This document shows positions 47,591 through 59,500 of a stretch of DNA of 64,000 bases, one piece after another; position 1 is the first letter of the stretch, and every line of letters begins with the position of its first letter. The DNA is from an uncultured Oscillospiraceae bacterium (lineage in GTDB: Bacteria > Bacillota > Clostridia > Christensenellales > CAG-138). Below the pieces are notes generated by a model. It searched no databases and had not been told where the DNA came from. It worked only from the letters and a program-made list of their open reading frames with translations. A program made the translations under genes and the position numbers. The stretch spans positions 4,779 to 68,778 of the forward strand of contig CAYYUV010000006.1 of the NCBI GenBank assembly GCA_964474405.1, given 5' to 3'.

Positions 47591-50500
47591 ATGCAGGTGT
47601 ATCAAGTGAATATTAGGAGAATTTTGGCGGTCATAGGAGCGATTGTGTTAGCAGTCGCTTTGGGCTTTTTGCTACCAACCGCTTTTACCCGCGCGGAAAC
47701 GACGACGCCGGTTACCAACCCGGATGATGTAACGATCACCGAGCCGGAAACTGCGCCGGCCGGATCCGCCACGGTTTCCGATCACATGCAGGACACCGAT
47801 TCGAACGACGCCACACCTGCCGTCGATACGATCGATGACGCATCTGCGGAGACCTTTACCAACAAGCTTCCGGTGGTTACGGTAGACCCGGAGACGCAGC
47901 AAACCACCACCACCCCCGCAAAGAATGCGCTTGAGGAAGCAATCCAATACGCATTGGGTCTTGCGGACAGCACCAGCGAATCGGTCACCGTCAAGGTTGC
48001 CGCGGGTCAGTATACCGGCGACATCACGCTTGACGTTGCCGCCGCTCAGAATGTACGGAATTCTTTCATTATAAATATAGTCGCGGCGGACGCCGTTGCT
48101 GACGACGGCTCCTTTAACGCCGAATCGGCCGGCGGCGTCGTGGTCAACGGCAATCTGAACATTGATGGGGTCAATGTGCTTTTGGCTGGTCTGTATCTTG
48201 CTTTGGACAAGGTAGTCAACGTCAAGAACGCTGATTTGACCCTGTACGGCACGGCGGGCGCGGACAATGTAAGTGTAAATCTGGACGGAAATTCCGGCGC
48301 TGACATTCGAACCGGCGCGGGCAACGACACCGTAACCCTGAACGGAACGGCGGTAACAGGAGGTACGCCCGGAAGTGTTTCGGTGGACGGCGGTGCCGGT
48401 GATGACACCGTGGTCGTCAACACCTCCCTGGCTGATGCAAACGGCGCAGTTTCCATTCAGGGCGGCGCCGGCAAGAACCGGCTTCAGCTGGAAGGCGCTC
48501 TTGACAAAACAGAGAATGCGCCGGCTGCGATTTCCAACACGACAAGTGGCGATGCCATCAACTCCATCACGCTGCGCAACAACAGCGGTACGCCTGCGAG
48601 CATTGTCATGACCCTTGCGGACATTCAGGTCTTTACCGACAATCTCACCAACAAGCAGACGCGCAAGATCACCTCCATCGACGCTGACGGTACGGCCTCT
48701 GTCGAGGGCGGCGGCACCATCGCCTCCTTTACAAACTATACATACGACGGCAACATCGACAAGCTTATTGTAAATGCCGATGCGCTTGTTCTGTCCAATC
48801 TGATTGTCAACAAAAAATCGCTGACCGTGAAGGAGCTGAAGGTCGGCACGATGAACGTCACCCTGAACGGGATCAACGTAACGCTGGACGGCAAGATCGA
48901 ATGCTCAACGCTGACCGTCAACGCGTCCGATGACGATATCACGTTCACCATTTTGCCGGGCGTGCTCGATTATGACGTCAGCCTGTTCGACGTGGTCAGT
49001 GAGGCAACCATCACGGTCACGGAGAATGCCGATATCCTGGCTTCGGGTGCAATCGCGCTTCTGGCGTCGAGCGTGCAGACCAAGCCCATGCTGCTGACCG
49101 GATCGCTGAACTTTGTTGCGGTCAAGGTCGGCTCTGCGCTGATCGGCATCAAGGGAAAGCTGAGAGCGGATGCAACGATTATGGCGTCGGCGGTGACTAA
49201 GGTCGTCATCGATTCGAACACGTCGCTTCTGCCGCTCGTGATCAGCGTTGCTGTAACCGACGCCGCGGTCACCGTGGACGGTGAGGCGGAGCTTACGGCA
49301 GGCGGCGGCGTTCAGCTCACCGCGAGCAATACCGTTACAATCAAGGTTTCCACCAGCAGCTCCAGCTATCTGCCGTTTGCGCTCGGCACCTCGGTCGTCG
49401 TGGTGGATTCCCACGTCAAGGTCGGGGATGACGCCGTTATTCGAAGCGGGTCGGGAAGCGTCGAGCTGTATGCGGAGGGCAACACCACCGTCAACACCAA
49501 GGCGGGAAAGGGAACCGCCACGGCGGGCAGCGGCGGGTTCTTTGCCGTCGGCGTTGTCGTGCAGGACGTTTCCGCCATGGTAACCGGTCAGGCTGCCATT
49601 CGCGCTGCCGGTGATGTTTCCGTTAAGTCCAAGTCGATCGAGAAGGTCGTTACCGACGCAACCACGGCCACGGCAGCCGCTGCGGGCGGCGCGGCCAACC
49701 AGCAGAACACATCCGCCAGCGTCACCGCCAGCATCGCAAAGCTGCTGAAAGCGACCGCGGCTCAGATGATGCCGGCAGTCAAGGCCAAGCTCCTTGGTGC
49801 GACGGAGAAGTTTGCCGGGAAGGAATATAATGTAACCGTCTCCGCGACCACCAACGGTTCTGTCACGGTCAACGCCAAGGCGAACGCTGCGGAAACTGTC
49901 AAGTTTACCCCCACCCCCAAAGCGGGATATGAGGTTGATACATATCGCGTAACCTATCTGCCCAAGGGTCAGTCCGCCTATGCGGAGGTTACGGTTGCCA
50001 ACAACAACGACGGCAGCTACTCGTTTGTGATGCCGTCCTATACCGTCACCGAGGACGGTGGCGAGGTTCAGGCTGGTTATGACGTCATCATCACCGTCAC
50101 CTTCCGCGCTTCCTCTGCGACGCCTAGTGATCCGTCCGACGTAGGCAATCTGTTTGGCGATGAGAATACCGGCGACACGGGCGAGGGCGTCAACGATACC
50201 CTCGAAGACGGTACGCAGGGCACGCAGGAGCAGCCGGTTGACCGCGCCACGGCCGATTCGACCGCTACCGACGCCAGAATCATCGCCATCGACACCGCGA
50301 TCCAAAACGGCGCGCTGCTGTCCGCTGTCAAGAAGGTCGATGCGGGCAAAGAGGTGCTTATCACCGTCAATCCGGCGCTCGGTTATTCGCTTACCGCGAA
50401 CACTCTGAAGTTCACCTATACGCGCACAGACACCGATGCCACAGGTGCGGAGAAGGATGTCACCGTTACCGACATGCTTGTCCAAAATGCCAACGGCGAG

Positions 50501-53500
50501 TATGTGCTGACCGTTCCCGCCGGCATTAAGCCGTCGTCCACGATCACGCTGACCGCCGCGTTTTCGCAGGATGCGACGCCTTCCGCCGCCGCAAATACGC
50601 AGACGCGCCGTTCCGCCGTTCAGGTGGTGGGCGCCTTTGCGGTCTCTGTCGTTATCAACAAGAATAACGCCTGCATCGATTCGACCGGACGCATCGACGA
50701 CACTGGCTTTACCGTCATTTCCGGCGGCAATGTACTTGTCGATGCCGTTGCGCTGACACAGGTCACGACCAATGCGGACGGTTCCCCGACCGGGACTGCC
50801 GCCACCGCCGCGACGCCTGCCGCCCCCGGTACCGTAACCGAACCGCTCGGCGAAGCCACCGGTGAGATGATCATTGTGCCGGATTCGCTCAAGGTTGGCA
50901 CCTTATATAATGGAAAGATTCTCTATCTGTCCAACAATGCCGATACGGGCAGCATGACCTATGCCTTCCGCATCACGCCGCGCGACGGCTACAAGCTCGA
51001 TACCACGGCGATGACCGGCGGCGTCAAGCTCAAGTATCAGACCGCCGCGGGTGAAGCCGTCGCAGATCTTGTGTATCATGCGGCTTCGGACACCTATACC
51101 ATCAACCTGACCAACGCAGGCCAGGGTGGGACGGCGATTGCGCCCACTGCCGCTGCGGACGGCACCCGTTGGGCCGTTATCAGTGCCGCGTTCGTTCCCG
51201 ACACGCGTAACATCACCACCGCCGTACAGGGCGGCACGGTCACCGTTTCCACAGAGCAGGTCAATCCGGCCACGTCCGCAAAGGTTGGCGAAGTTGTCTA
51301 TCTCAAGGCGACGCCTACCGCGCCGAACACCGCCGACACCCATGAGCTGACCACACTCTCCTTGACCTATAACAACAAGGCCGGCGTCTCCGTCACCATC
51401 AACATTCCCCGCATTCTTGACGAGAACGGCAATATTTCCTTCACCATGCCGACCGATGTCGCCGACGATTCCGCCGTGGCGATTGCGGGACGCTTTGGTC
51501 TGAAGGGCTTTGAACTGAAAAAGGATTCCGCCTCCGAAACAAAGATCAACCTCAGCACGACCCGTGCCAGCGTAGGCGGGGAGGTTGTCGTCACGCTGAC
51601 CGATGCCGAGATCGCGGCCGGCTCCCAGATCGAGCAGCTGTCCGCCGTCCTCATCGACACGATGGGGCAGGAGGTCAAGCGTTGGACCGTCACTTGCGAC
51701 AGCGCCAACAAAACATGGGCGTTCACGCTGCCTGCGGAGGCCTTTACCGATAATGAAGGCACGTCCTATACCCTTGCTGATTTCTCCGGTGGGGATTCCT
51801 ACCTGTCGTTTGAGGCGGTTATGAGCTCCGCCAATATCGCCGTCAACATCAACACGATGATCAACGGCACCGTTTCCGCTCCCGCAAAGGTCAACGACGG
51901 TCAGAAGATCGAGTTGATCGTTTCGCCGAACACCGGCTATATGCTGAAGGCGGGAACGCTCAAGGTCAAGACCGTGCAGCGCTCGGTCGAGGCGTTGATC
52001 GTTGTGGAGAAGGATGCGGCAACCGGCAAGTATTTCTACTCCGTTCCGCTGCTTCTAGATGACTCCGATGTGATGAACATCGTGGTCTATGCTGAGTTTG
52101 TCCCGGGCAACGCCGCCGGTACCGCCGGACAAAAGAGCTTCAGCGTCGGCGTCGGCGTCAATGTATCCGTCACCAAGCACACCAACCTTGCCCGCATTGA
52201 GAATGCCGTCATTTCCGCGATCGGTCTCTCCGTCACCGCGGCCTCCGGCTCGGAGAAGGAGAAGGTCGAATCCGTTGCCACCGCCAAAGCCGGTTATTCA
52301 TCCGGCAACATTGGCGTAGGCGGCGCCATCGCGGTGCATGTCGCTTCCGCAAAGACCAAAGCGCTGATCTATTCCACGGCCTCAGCCACGCTGCAGGACG
52401 GCGGCTCCTTGACTGTCAAGGCCACGTCGTATGAACGTTTTGCGACGGAGGCTTCCTCAGTCAACGCGCCTCCCGCTGCCGCTGCCGGCACAGTGCCGGG
52501 AATCGGCACGACCCCTGCGACCGGAACCGGTTCGTCCTCCGGCGCGCAGGTCGGCGTGGGCGCCGGCATCGCTGTCGGCGTGTTCGGCGTGGATGTCGTT
52601 GCCGCGATTGAGGACAACACCTCCATTCTCATGACGGATCCGCAGACGGATTCGCTGGATTCCGTTTCCGTTGAGGCCAAGCATGTCTTGTCCGAGTCCC
52701 TGTCCGCCAAGGCGGGCAGCGCGGGCGGCATCTCGGTCACGCCGGTTCTCTCCCTGCTGATCTCCGGCGCCGATGTCCAGTCCTATATCGGCAAATCGGC
52801 CTCCTCGCTGCTGCGGGTCTCTGGGGATGTTTCCCTTCTGGCCGACAGCTCGATCACGCGGGAGGTCGCGGCAAATGCTTCCGCAGCCGGCGGCAACGTC
52901 GGTGTGGGCGGCTCGTTCGTCATTACGGTACCGAACGACAGCGCCTATGCCCGCGCCTCGCGCAGCATGCAGGCACGGAACATCCGGATTATTGCAAAAT
53001 CCAAGAGCATACTTAAGACGGTGTCCCGCGCCGGTTCTCAGGGCGCGGCCAGCCGTCAGCCAAATACCGCCGCCACACCCTCCGCTTCCTCCAAAACTGA
53101 GGCGGACGCACAGGCGGACAGCGCAATACAAGGCGGAGCCGGCCTTGGCGGGCAGGTCGGTTCCAACAACGTGTCCTCCGCCAGCATCGGAGGTCTGACT
53201 GCAAACCGTCAGACCGCGCAGACCAGCGAGGGCAACATCCAGATCGCCGCCGCTTTTGCGCTGAACGTGCAATCCAACCGTTCCTGCGCGTTTGTCGCGG
53301 ACGGCATTACCTTGACTGCCCACGGGCAGGACACCACCGACAGCGACGGAAACATCGTCAAAAACGGCCTCGTTTCCATCGAAAGCTATGCAAGAACCGA
53401 TGCGAGCGTGATCGCCAACGCCTCCGCCACCAAGGCGAAGATCGGCGTAGGCGTTGCCGTCAGCATCAACGTGGTTGATTATGTGAACGAAGCGTACGTT

Positions 53501-56500
53501 GCTGATGCCACGATCGACGCGGATCATCTGAACGTGCTCGCGTTGGTGATCGTGGATTCCAAAGCCAAGATCACGCGCTTTGATTCCTCAGCCGATGACA
53601 ATTTTATCATCAAATATGTCAAGAGCATCGTCACTGAGTGGATCAATGAACTGGTTGAGCAGCTCGGTCTCGGCGACATCTTCAACGGCAAGAACGCCGA
53701 CGGCACCGATGTTCCCGATCAGTATACGCTCGCAGGCGTCATACAGCAGCTGATTGACGATACGCTCGAACAGGCGCTGGACGCGCTGCTTGCGGGCACG
53801 GGTCTGGAGAAGCTGATTGCTGCCGACCTGCCGGATCGCCTGAAGGCCAACTTCAATCTGTTCTTGACCAATCTGGAGCGCGATCTGTACGGCGGAAGCC
53901 CGACTTCCGATGATAAGATCGAACTGAATCAGATTCTGACCGCACTGAATCTGTCGCCCGCGCGCCTTGCTGAGGTTATGGTCGCGCTTCTGATGGATCA
54001 GGCGACCGCCCGCATCGGCGGCACAAATACCACAAACTCCCAGTCCATGATCACCGCGATCACCAGCGGCCTTCGTGCCGAGGTGGCGACCAAGCTCACG
54101 GCCTATTTCAACAACATGGTCACGACCTTGACCAACGATTTGATCGATGTCGCGGCGTTCAAGAACTTTATCAAGGGCAATCTCGCCGATACCCTGCAAC
54201 AGAAGCTTCGCACCATGGCGCAGGAGGTCGGCCGCGCGCTGACCACGACGCTTCTCGACAATCTGTCTTATTGGCTCGACCTCGACGAGGCGGTTGATGA
54301 CGACAGCGATAAGAATACCTTTGTCACGACCGCGGTCGCCGGCGCCGGTGCGTCGAGCGTTGGCGTCGCCGGCAGTGCAGCCATCTCCGTCGTTGACGGC
54401 ACAACCAGAGCCTACATTTCCGACGTCGCGAGCCAGAACGTTTATCGCGTCTATGTTTCCGGCGATGCGATCATTAAGGCTGTCGGCGGCCAAAAGGAAG
54501 AAACGACCGCCACAAGTGCGGTCGGAAGCAACGGCATGGCCGACAAAAATCTGCCCGCCTCCGCCAATTCCGATGTGGGCGGCGGCAGCAGCGCGGGTAC
54601 CACATATCCCGAGCAGCAGTTCCCTGAAAAGAAGTTTGTCATCGGTGCAACGACGAACGGCAAGGTCACGGCAACTGTCAGTCTCAGCAACTATACCATC
54701 AAGGTTACGCCGGATGACGGCTATCAGATCAAGAGCGTTACGCTCACGCGCGACGATACCGGCGCGACCAAGGACGCTACGCGCGGCGCCACCGCGGACG
54801 GCGTGACCACCTATACCGCAAGCTATACCACGGCGGATCATCTGGATACCGCTGCCGTGATCACGATCATCGCCCTGTTTGAAACAAGGCCGATGGAGCT
54901 GACCGGCTCTGGCACCGCCGATGCCGCGGCCGCAGGGAAATATAACCTGCCTGAGGTTCAGAAGGATACCGACCAGAGTCAGATAACCAACTCCTACGTT
55001 ATTAAAGGCACCGATACCGCAAACGGTCACGCCGCCGCCAAATATGAGGATCGCGTGGCTGTTGAGGCGCTGCCTTATGTCAACACCAAGACGGGCACCT
55101 GCTACAAGGTGGCATCCGTTACCTATTCATATACCGCGGGCGGCGTGGCAAAGACCAATGTCGCCGTTGTCACCACCCAGAAGAACGCTGCCGGGCATAC
55201 CGAATACCTGTTCTACATGCCCGACATCGATGCTAATACCACCGTCAGCGTAGCGGTCACGTTCGCGAAGATCACAGATGAGGCCGAACGCCAGCAGGCG
55301 GTGACGCAGGCCAACACCCCGACCAACCAGAGCGGGAAGACCGTGGGTGTGGGCGCTGCATTCGCGTTCGATTATTCCGATCAGACCGTCTATGCGGGCA
55401 TAGGCGCCAACCGCTACTTTAAGAGCGGCACGCTGAACCTCCGCGCGCTTGGAAAGCATGACGCGGAAACCGTTTCGGTCAGCGGCAGTGATCCGCTGAA
55501 TACCGCAGGCACGACCTCCGATACCGGCAAGGCAAAGGATATCGCGCTGGATGCCTCCGCAGCCGTCTCTGTTCTGAACAACAGCATCATTGCCGAGGTC
55601 AAGGCCGGCGCGCTGCTGATCACCACGGGCACAGACACGCTGAACCTCAACGAAAAGGTGTATGACAACGACGCCGAGCGTGAGATGAACGCAGTCTATG
55701 TCAACTGCAACATCGCCGCTGAGGAGATCGTTGAGACGCTGACCCAGGCTTCCGGCTTCGCCACCGGCAACACCACCGCCGTCGGCGCAGCTGTCGCGGT
55801 CAACATTGTGGATTCCGACGTGATTGCACGCTTCCTGGGCACGGGCACGGTCGGCGGTACCGCCAAAGTGTATGCGTACTCGCTCAATGAGGATGACAGC
55901 AAGGCGCTTGCCACTGCCATGGGCGGCGACGTCAAACGCTATGCCGACAAGTTCAAGACCGGCAGCGACACGGCCGAACAGCAGGCGAACAAGGTCACCA
56001 ACGGCGATTATTTCAACAACGGCACGCCTGCCACCGACAATTCAGGCAATCAGACCGGCTCGAACGTCAACGGCGGCCTCAACGGCAACACCGGTTCGGG
56101 TGGTCAGCAGGCCAACAACAATAACCCCACCTCCACCAACGTCCTGCGCAGTCAGAACGCTCAGAGCGAAAGCTCATCTACAACCAATGACACGCAGAAC
56201 AAGGCTGCTGACAAGAACAACGCCAACAACGATGTTCAGCAGGGCGCGGCCGCGTCCGGTACCGGCTCTCAGAAGTATCAGGTTGCCGCTGCCGTCGGTC
56301 TCAACATCACCAACCATAAAGTCACCGCGCTGATCGACGGACGGATCGCCGCTGCAAACCTGTCGGTCTATGCCGACAACAGCGGCAATTTCCGCACACT
56401 GGCAAGCGGCGCTGCGGTAAGCCTTGCAAGGCAGAGTAATTCCATCGCCGCCGGCATCGCCATCAGCGTCAACAACAATAAGGCCACTGCCTACATCTAC

Positions 56501-59500
56501 AACGGTTCCGAAGCGGTTGCTACGGGCGGTAACGCGTCGCCTGCCGATTATGACGGCGCGCTGTCCGTCGAAGCCGAGCTGACGCAAAATCTGGACGGCC
56601 TTTACAAGGGCTATGTCGCAAGTCAGGCGATCGCGGGCGCGATCAGCGGTCAGGGCCAGTTCTGCGTTGCAGTCGCCCTGTCCATCGTCGTGTCGCATGC
56701 ATCCACCGCAGCCGTGATCGGCTTCCTGCCGGAAGGCGAATCTCGCGCCACCACCACGCTGCGCGCGGGCGATATCGTCATTCGCGCCACCGACAAGAGC
56801 AAGCTGGCCGTCCGCGCCGGAGCGCTGTCCATCTCAACGGGCGCATCCGTCGGCGCAGGCGCTTCGTTCGCGCTTGTATATGCCAACAACAAGGTTAAGG
56901 CGCAGATTGCAGACCGTGCGGTGATCTACGGCACCTCGCTTTCCGTCACCGCCGAGAAACTCAGAGTCAGCCTTTCGGATTATGAGAGCGCGTTTGACTT
57001 CTCCAATGTAGTATCCAATTCGTCCAATCTGCCTGAGGGTGAAGTCGGAAAAGGCATGATTGACATTAAGAAGGGGTCGGGGGAGGACACCAGCTATAAG
57101 GTTACGATCAACATGAGCTCCGACAAGCTGCTCTCTACGATCGACCTGTTGAATTTCCTTGCCTCCGTCAACTATTATGCCGAGGCCATAGCGGGTTCCA
57201 TCATCGAAGGCGCACAGGCGCAGAATGCCAAGGCCTCTGTTGCAGGCTCCTTTGCGATGATCTTCTTCTACAATACGGTCGACGCCCTGATCGGTAACAA
57301 TGTGACGGTCTCGCTCACGAAAAAGAACGCGGAGGATACCGGCTCGATGCTGGTGCATGCCGCGGATGATGCGAACGTTCGCATGATCGCGGGCGCGCTG
57401 TCCGTAAGTCCCGCCAAGGCCGGCGTCGGCTTGACCCTTGGATTCCTGCTCAATGAGGATGTGACCACCGCCCGTGTCGGCAGCGATACCGCCATCGTCT
57501 GTGACGGTGATTTCGTGCTGGCTGCCTCCGGTGCTGAGGACATTCTGGTCATCACCATCGCTGCGAGCATCGCACACGGTGCATCTGGTGTTTCCGTTGG
57601 CGGCGCCATCACGGCGATTGCACCGCAGAACACCGTTCAGGCAATCATGGATGCGCGCGCTACTGTCCTTGCGGGCGGCAGCATCGCCGTCAACGCCGAT
57701 TTGGACGCTTTCCTGATGCTGTTCTCCGCGTCTGTCAGCGCGGGCACCGGCAATGCCGCCGTCGGCGGCACAATCGCCGTTCTTGTCAATGAGAGCAGCG
57801 TCCTGGGCGAGGTCAACAACGCCGTATCCCTGCGTGCGGGCGGTGACGTAACCGTCCATGCCGCGACGGCCGAGCGCATGATCAACGGTCTTTGCTCTGC
57901 CTCTGCCGCACTTGGCACCGGCACAAGCGTGTCCGGCACGGTCGGCATTCTCGTTTCCCTCTCAGAAACAAAAGCCATCGTTCGCGATGATGTTGTTATC
58001 GTCTCCCACGGCAACACCGCTGTGGAGGCATCGTCCGCATCCCGCATGATCGTCATCGAAGCCGCCCTGTCCGCTGCGACCGGCGGGAACGCGGTCGGCG
58101 CGGTGCTCACGGTCAACGTCTTTGAACGCACGGTTTTGGCCGAGGTTGGCATTGTGTCGATTGCCGCTGACGGCGATGTGCGTATCACAGCGTTGTCCGA
58201 GGAGCTGACGCTGCTTGTCGCCCTTTCGGTTGGCGCATCTGCCCAGACCGCCGTTTCCGGCACGGTTCCGCTGATTGTCAGCCTGACCTCCGCCAGAGCG
58301 GTGATTTCGGACGGAACCGCTGACAACCATGCCATGCTTACCGCCGGCGGCTCCATCGTCGTGGCGGCTGACAACGAAGCCGGTCTTTACCAGATCGGCG
58401 GCGGGCTTGCTGCCGCGGGCTCCAATGCCGTGGGCGCTACGGTGTCTGTTCTGGTGACCAAAGCCAAGATTCATGCGATTATCGGCTCTTATGCGGTACT
58501 GACCGCGGCTGGAAACGGCAGCGGCATCAACATTTCGCTTCCGTCCTCGCGTGCGCTCCGCAGGAAGGGCATTCTGCTCTCCGCAACGGGGCATGAGGAC
58601 ATCGTTCTTGTGTCGATCAGCGCGGCTGCTGCCGGAAGCAACGCCATCACCGGCGTGATCAACACCCTGGTTGCCAAGAATGAGGTTCTGGCAAAGGCCA
58701 ACACCGGCGCGAAGCTTTACGCCGGAACCGCCGAGGACGCGGATGCCGGTACAACACTGGTTGAGGCGTCTGTGGAGGCGGATGCTTCCGATGATGCATC
58801 TATATTAAACCTGGCGGGCTCCCTGTCCGCAGCCGGAAACGTCGGCGTCGGCGCAACGGTCGTTGTGCTTGTCTTTGGCAAGCAGGTGGAAGCCTCCCTG
58901 GGCAGCGCCGCCGTCGTCTGGGCGACCGGTGATGTCCTGGTTCATGCACGTGCAAACGATCAGCTGATCCTGCTTGCTATCGCATTCGGCGCGGCGGGCA
59001 CCGCCGGCGTGGCGGGCGGCGTCAACGTGCTGGTGTTCCAGAACAGCGTTTCTGCCTCTCTCGGCGGCAAGGTGGATGCGGCGGGCTCCGTCAGTGTGAC
59101 GGCGTCCACCGACAGCACGCTTCACAACATCGCTGCGGCGGTCGGCCTGGGCGGAACCGCCGGCGTGACCGCGGTCGCGATTGTCACCTATTTCTATAAC
59201 GAGACGCTGGCAGTTGTGTCCTCAGGCGCCACTGTCAATGCGGGCGGCAACATCACCGTGTCCGCAGTCTCGCAGGAGCTCATCAACGCCGATGCGGCAG
59301 GCGCTGCTGCCGGCGGTACGGCCGGCGTCGGCGGCACCATGGATGTCATTGTGACCAAGATCGTGACGCAGGCATACACGGAGGACAACGTTCGTCTGAC
59401 GGCGGGCGGCGACCTTTCGATCACCGCCACGGATCATTACAAGCTGATCGCCGTGGTCGTTACGATCGCGGGCGGCGGCACGGCAGGTGTCGGCGTGACC

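Noticed and set aside
47561-47593. The TPR gene and the giant ORF are in the same reading frame, separated by a single TAG (47561-47563) and 27 nt. This raised the possibility of stop-codon read-through or a fused protein.
   Set aside because: Sharing a frame has a 1-in-3 chance. The giant ORF has its own ATG followed by a signal-peptide-like sequence, which would make no sense internally. I see no read-through context. I treat them as separate, probably co-transcribed genes.
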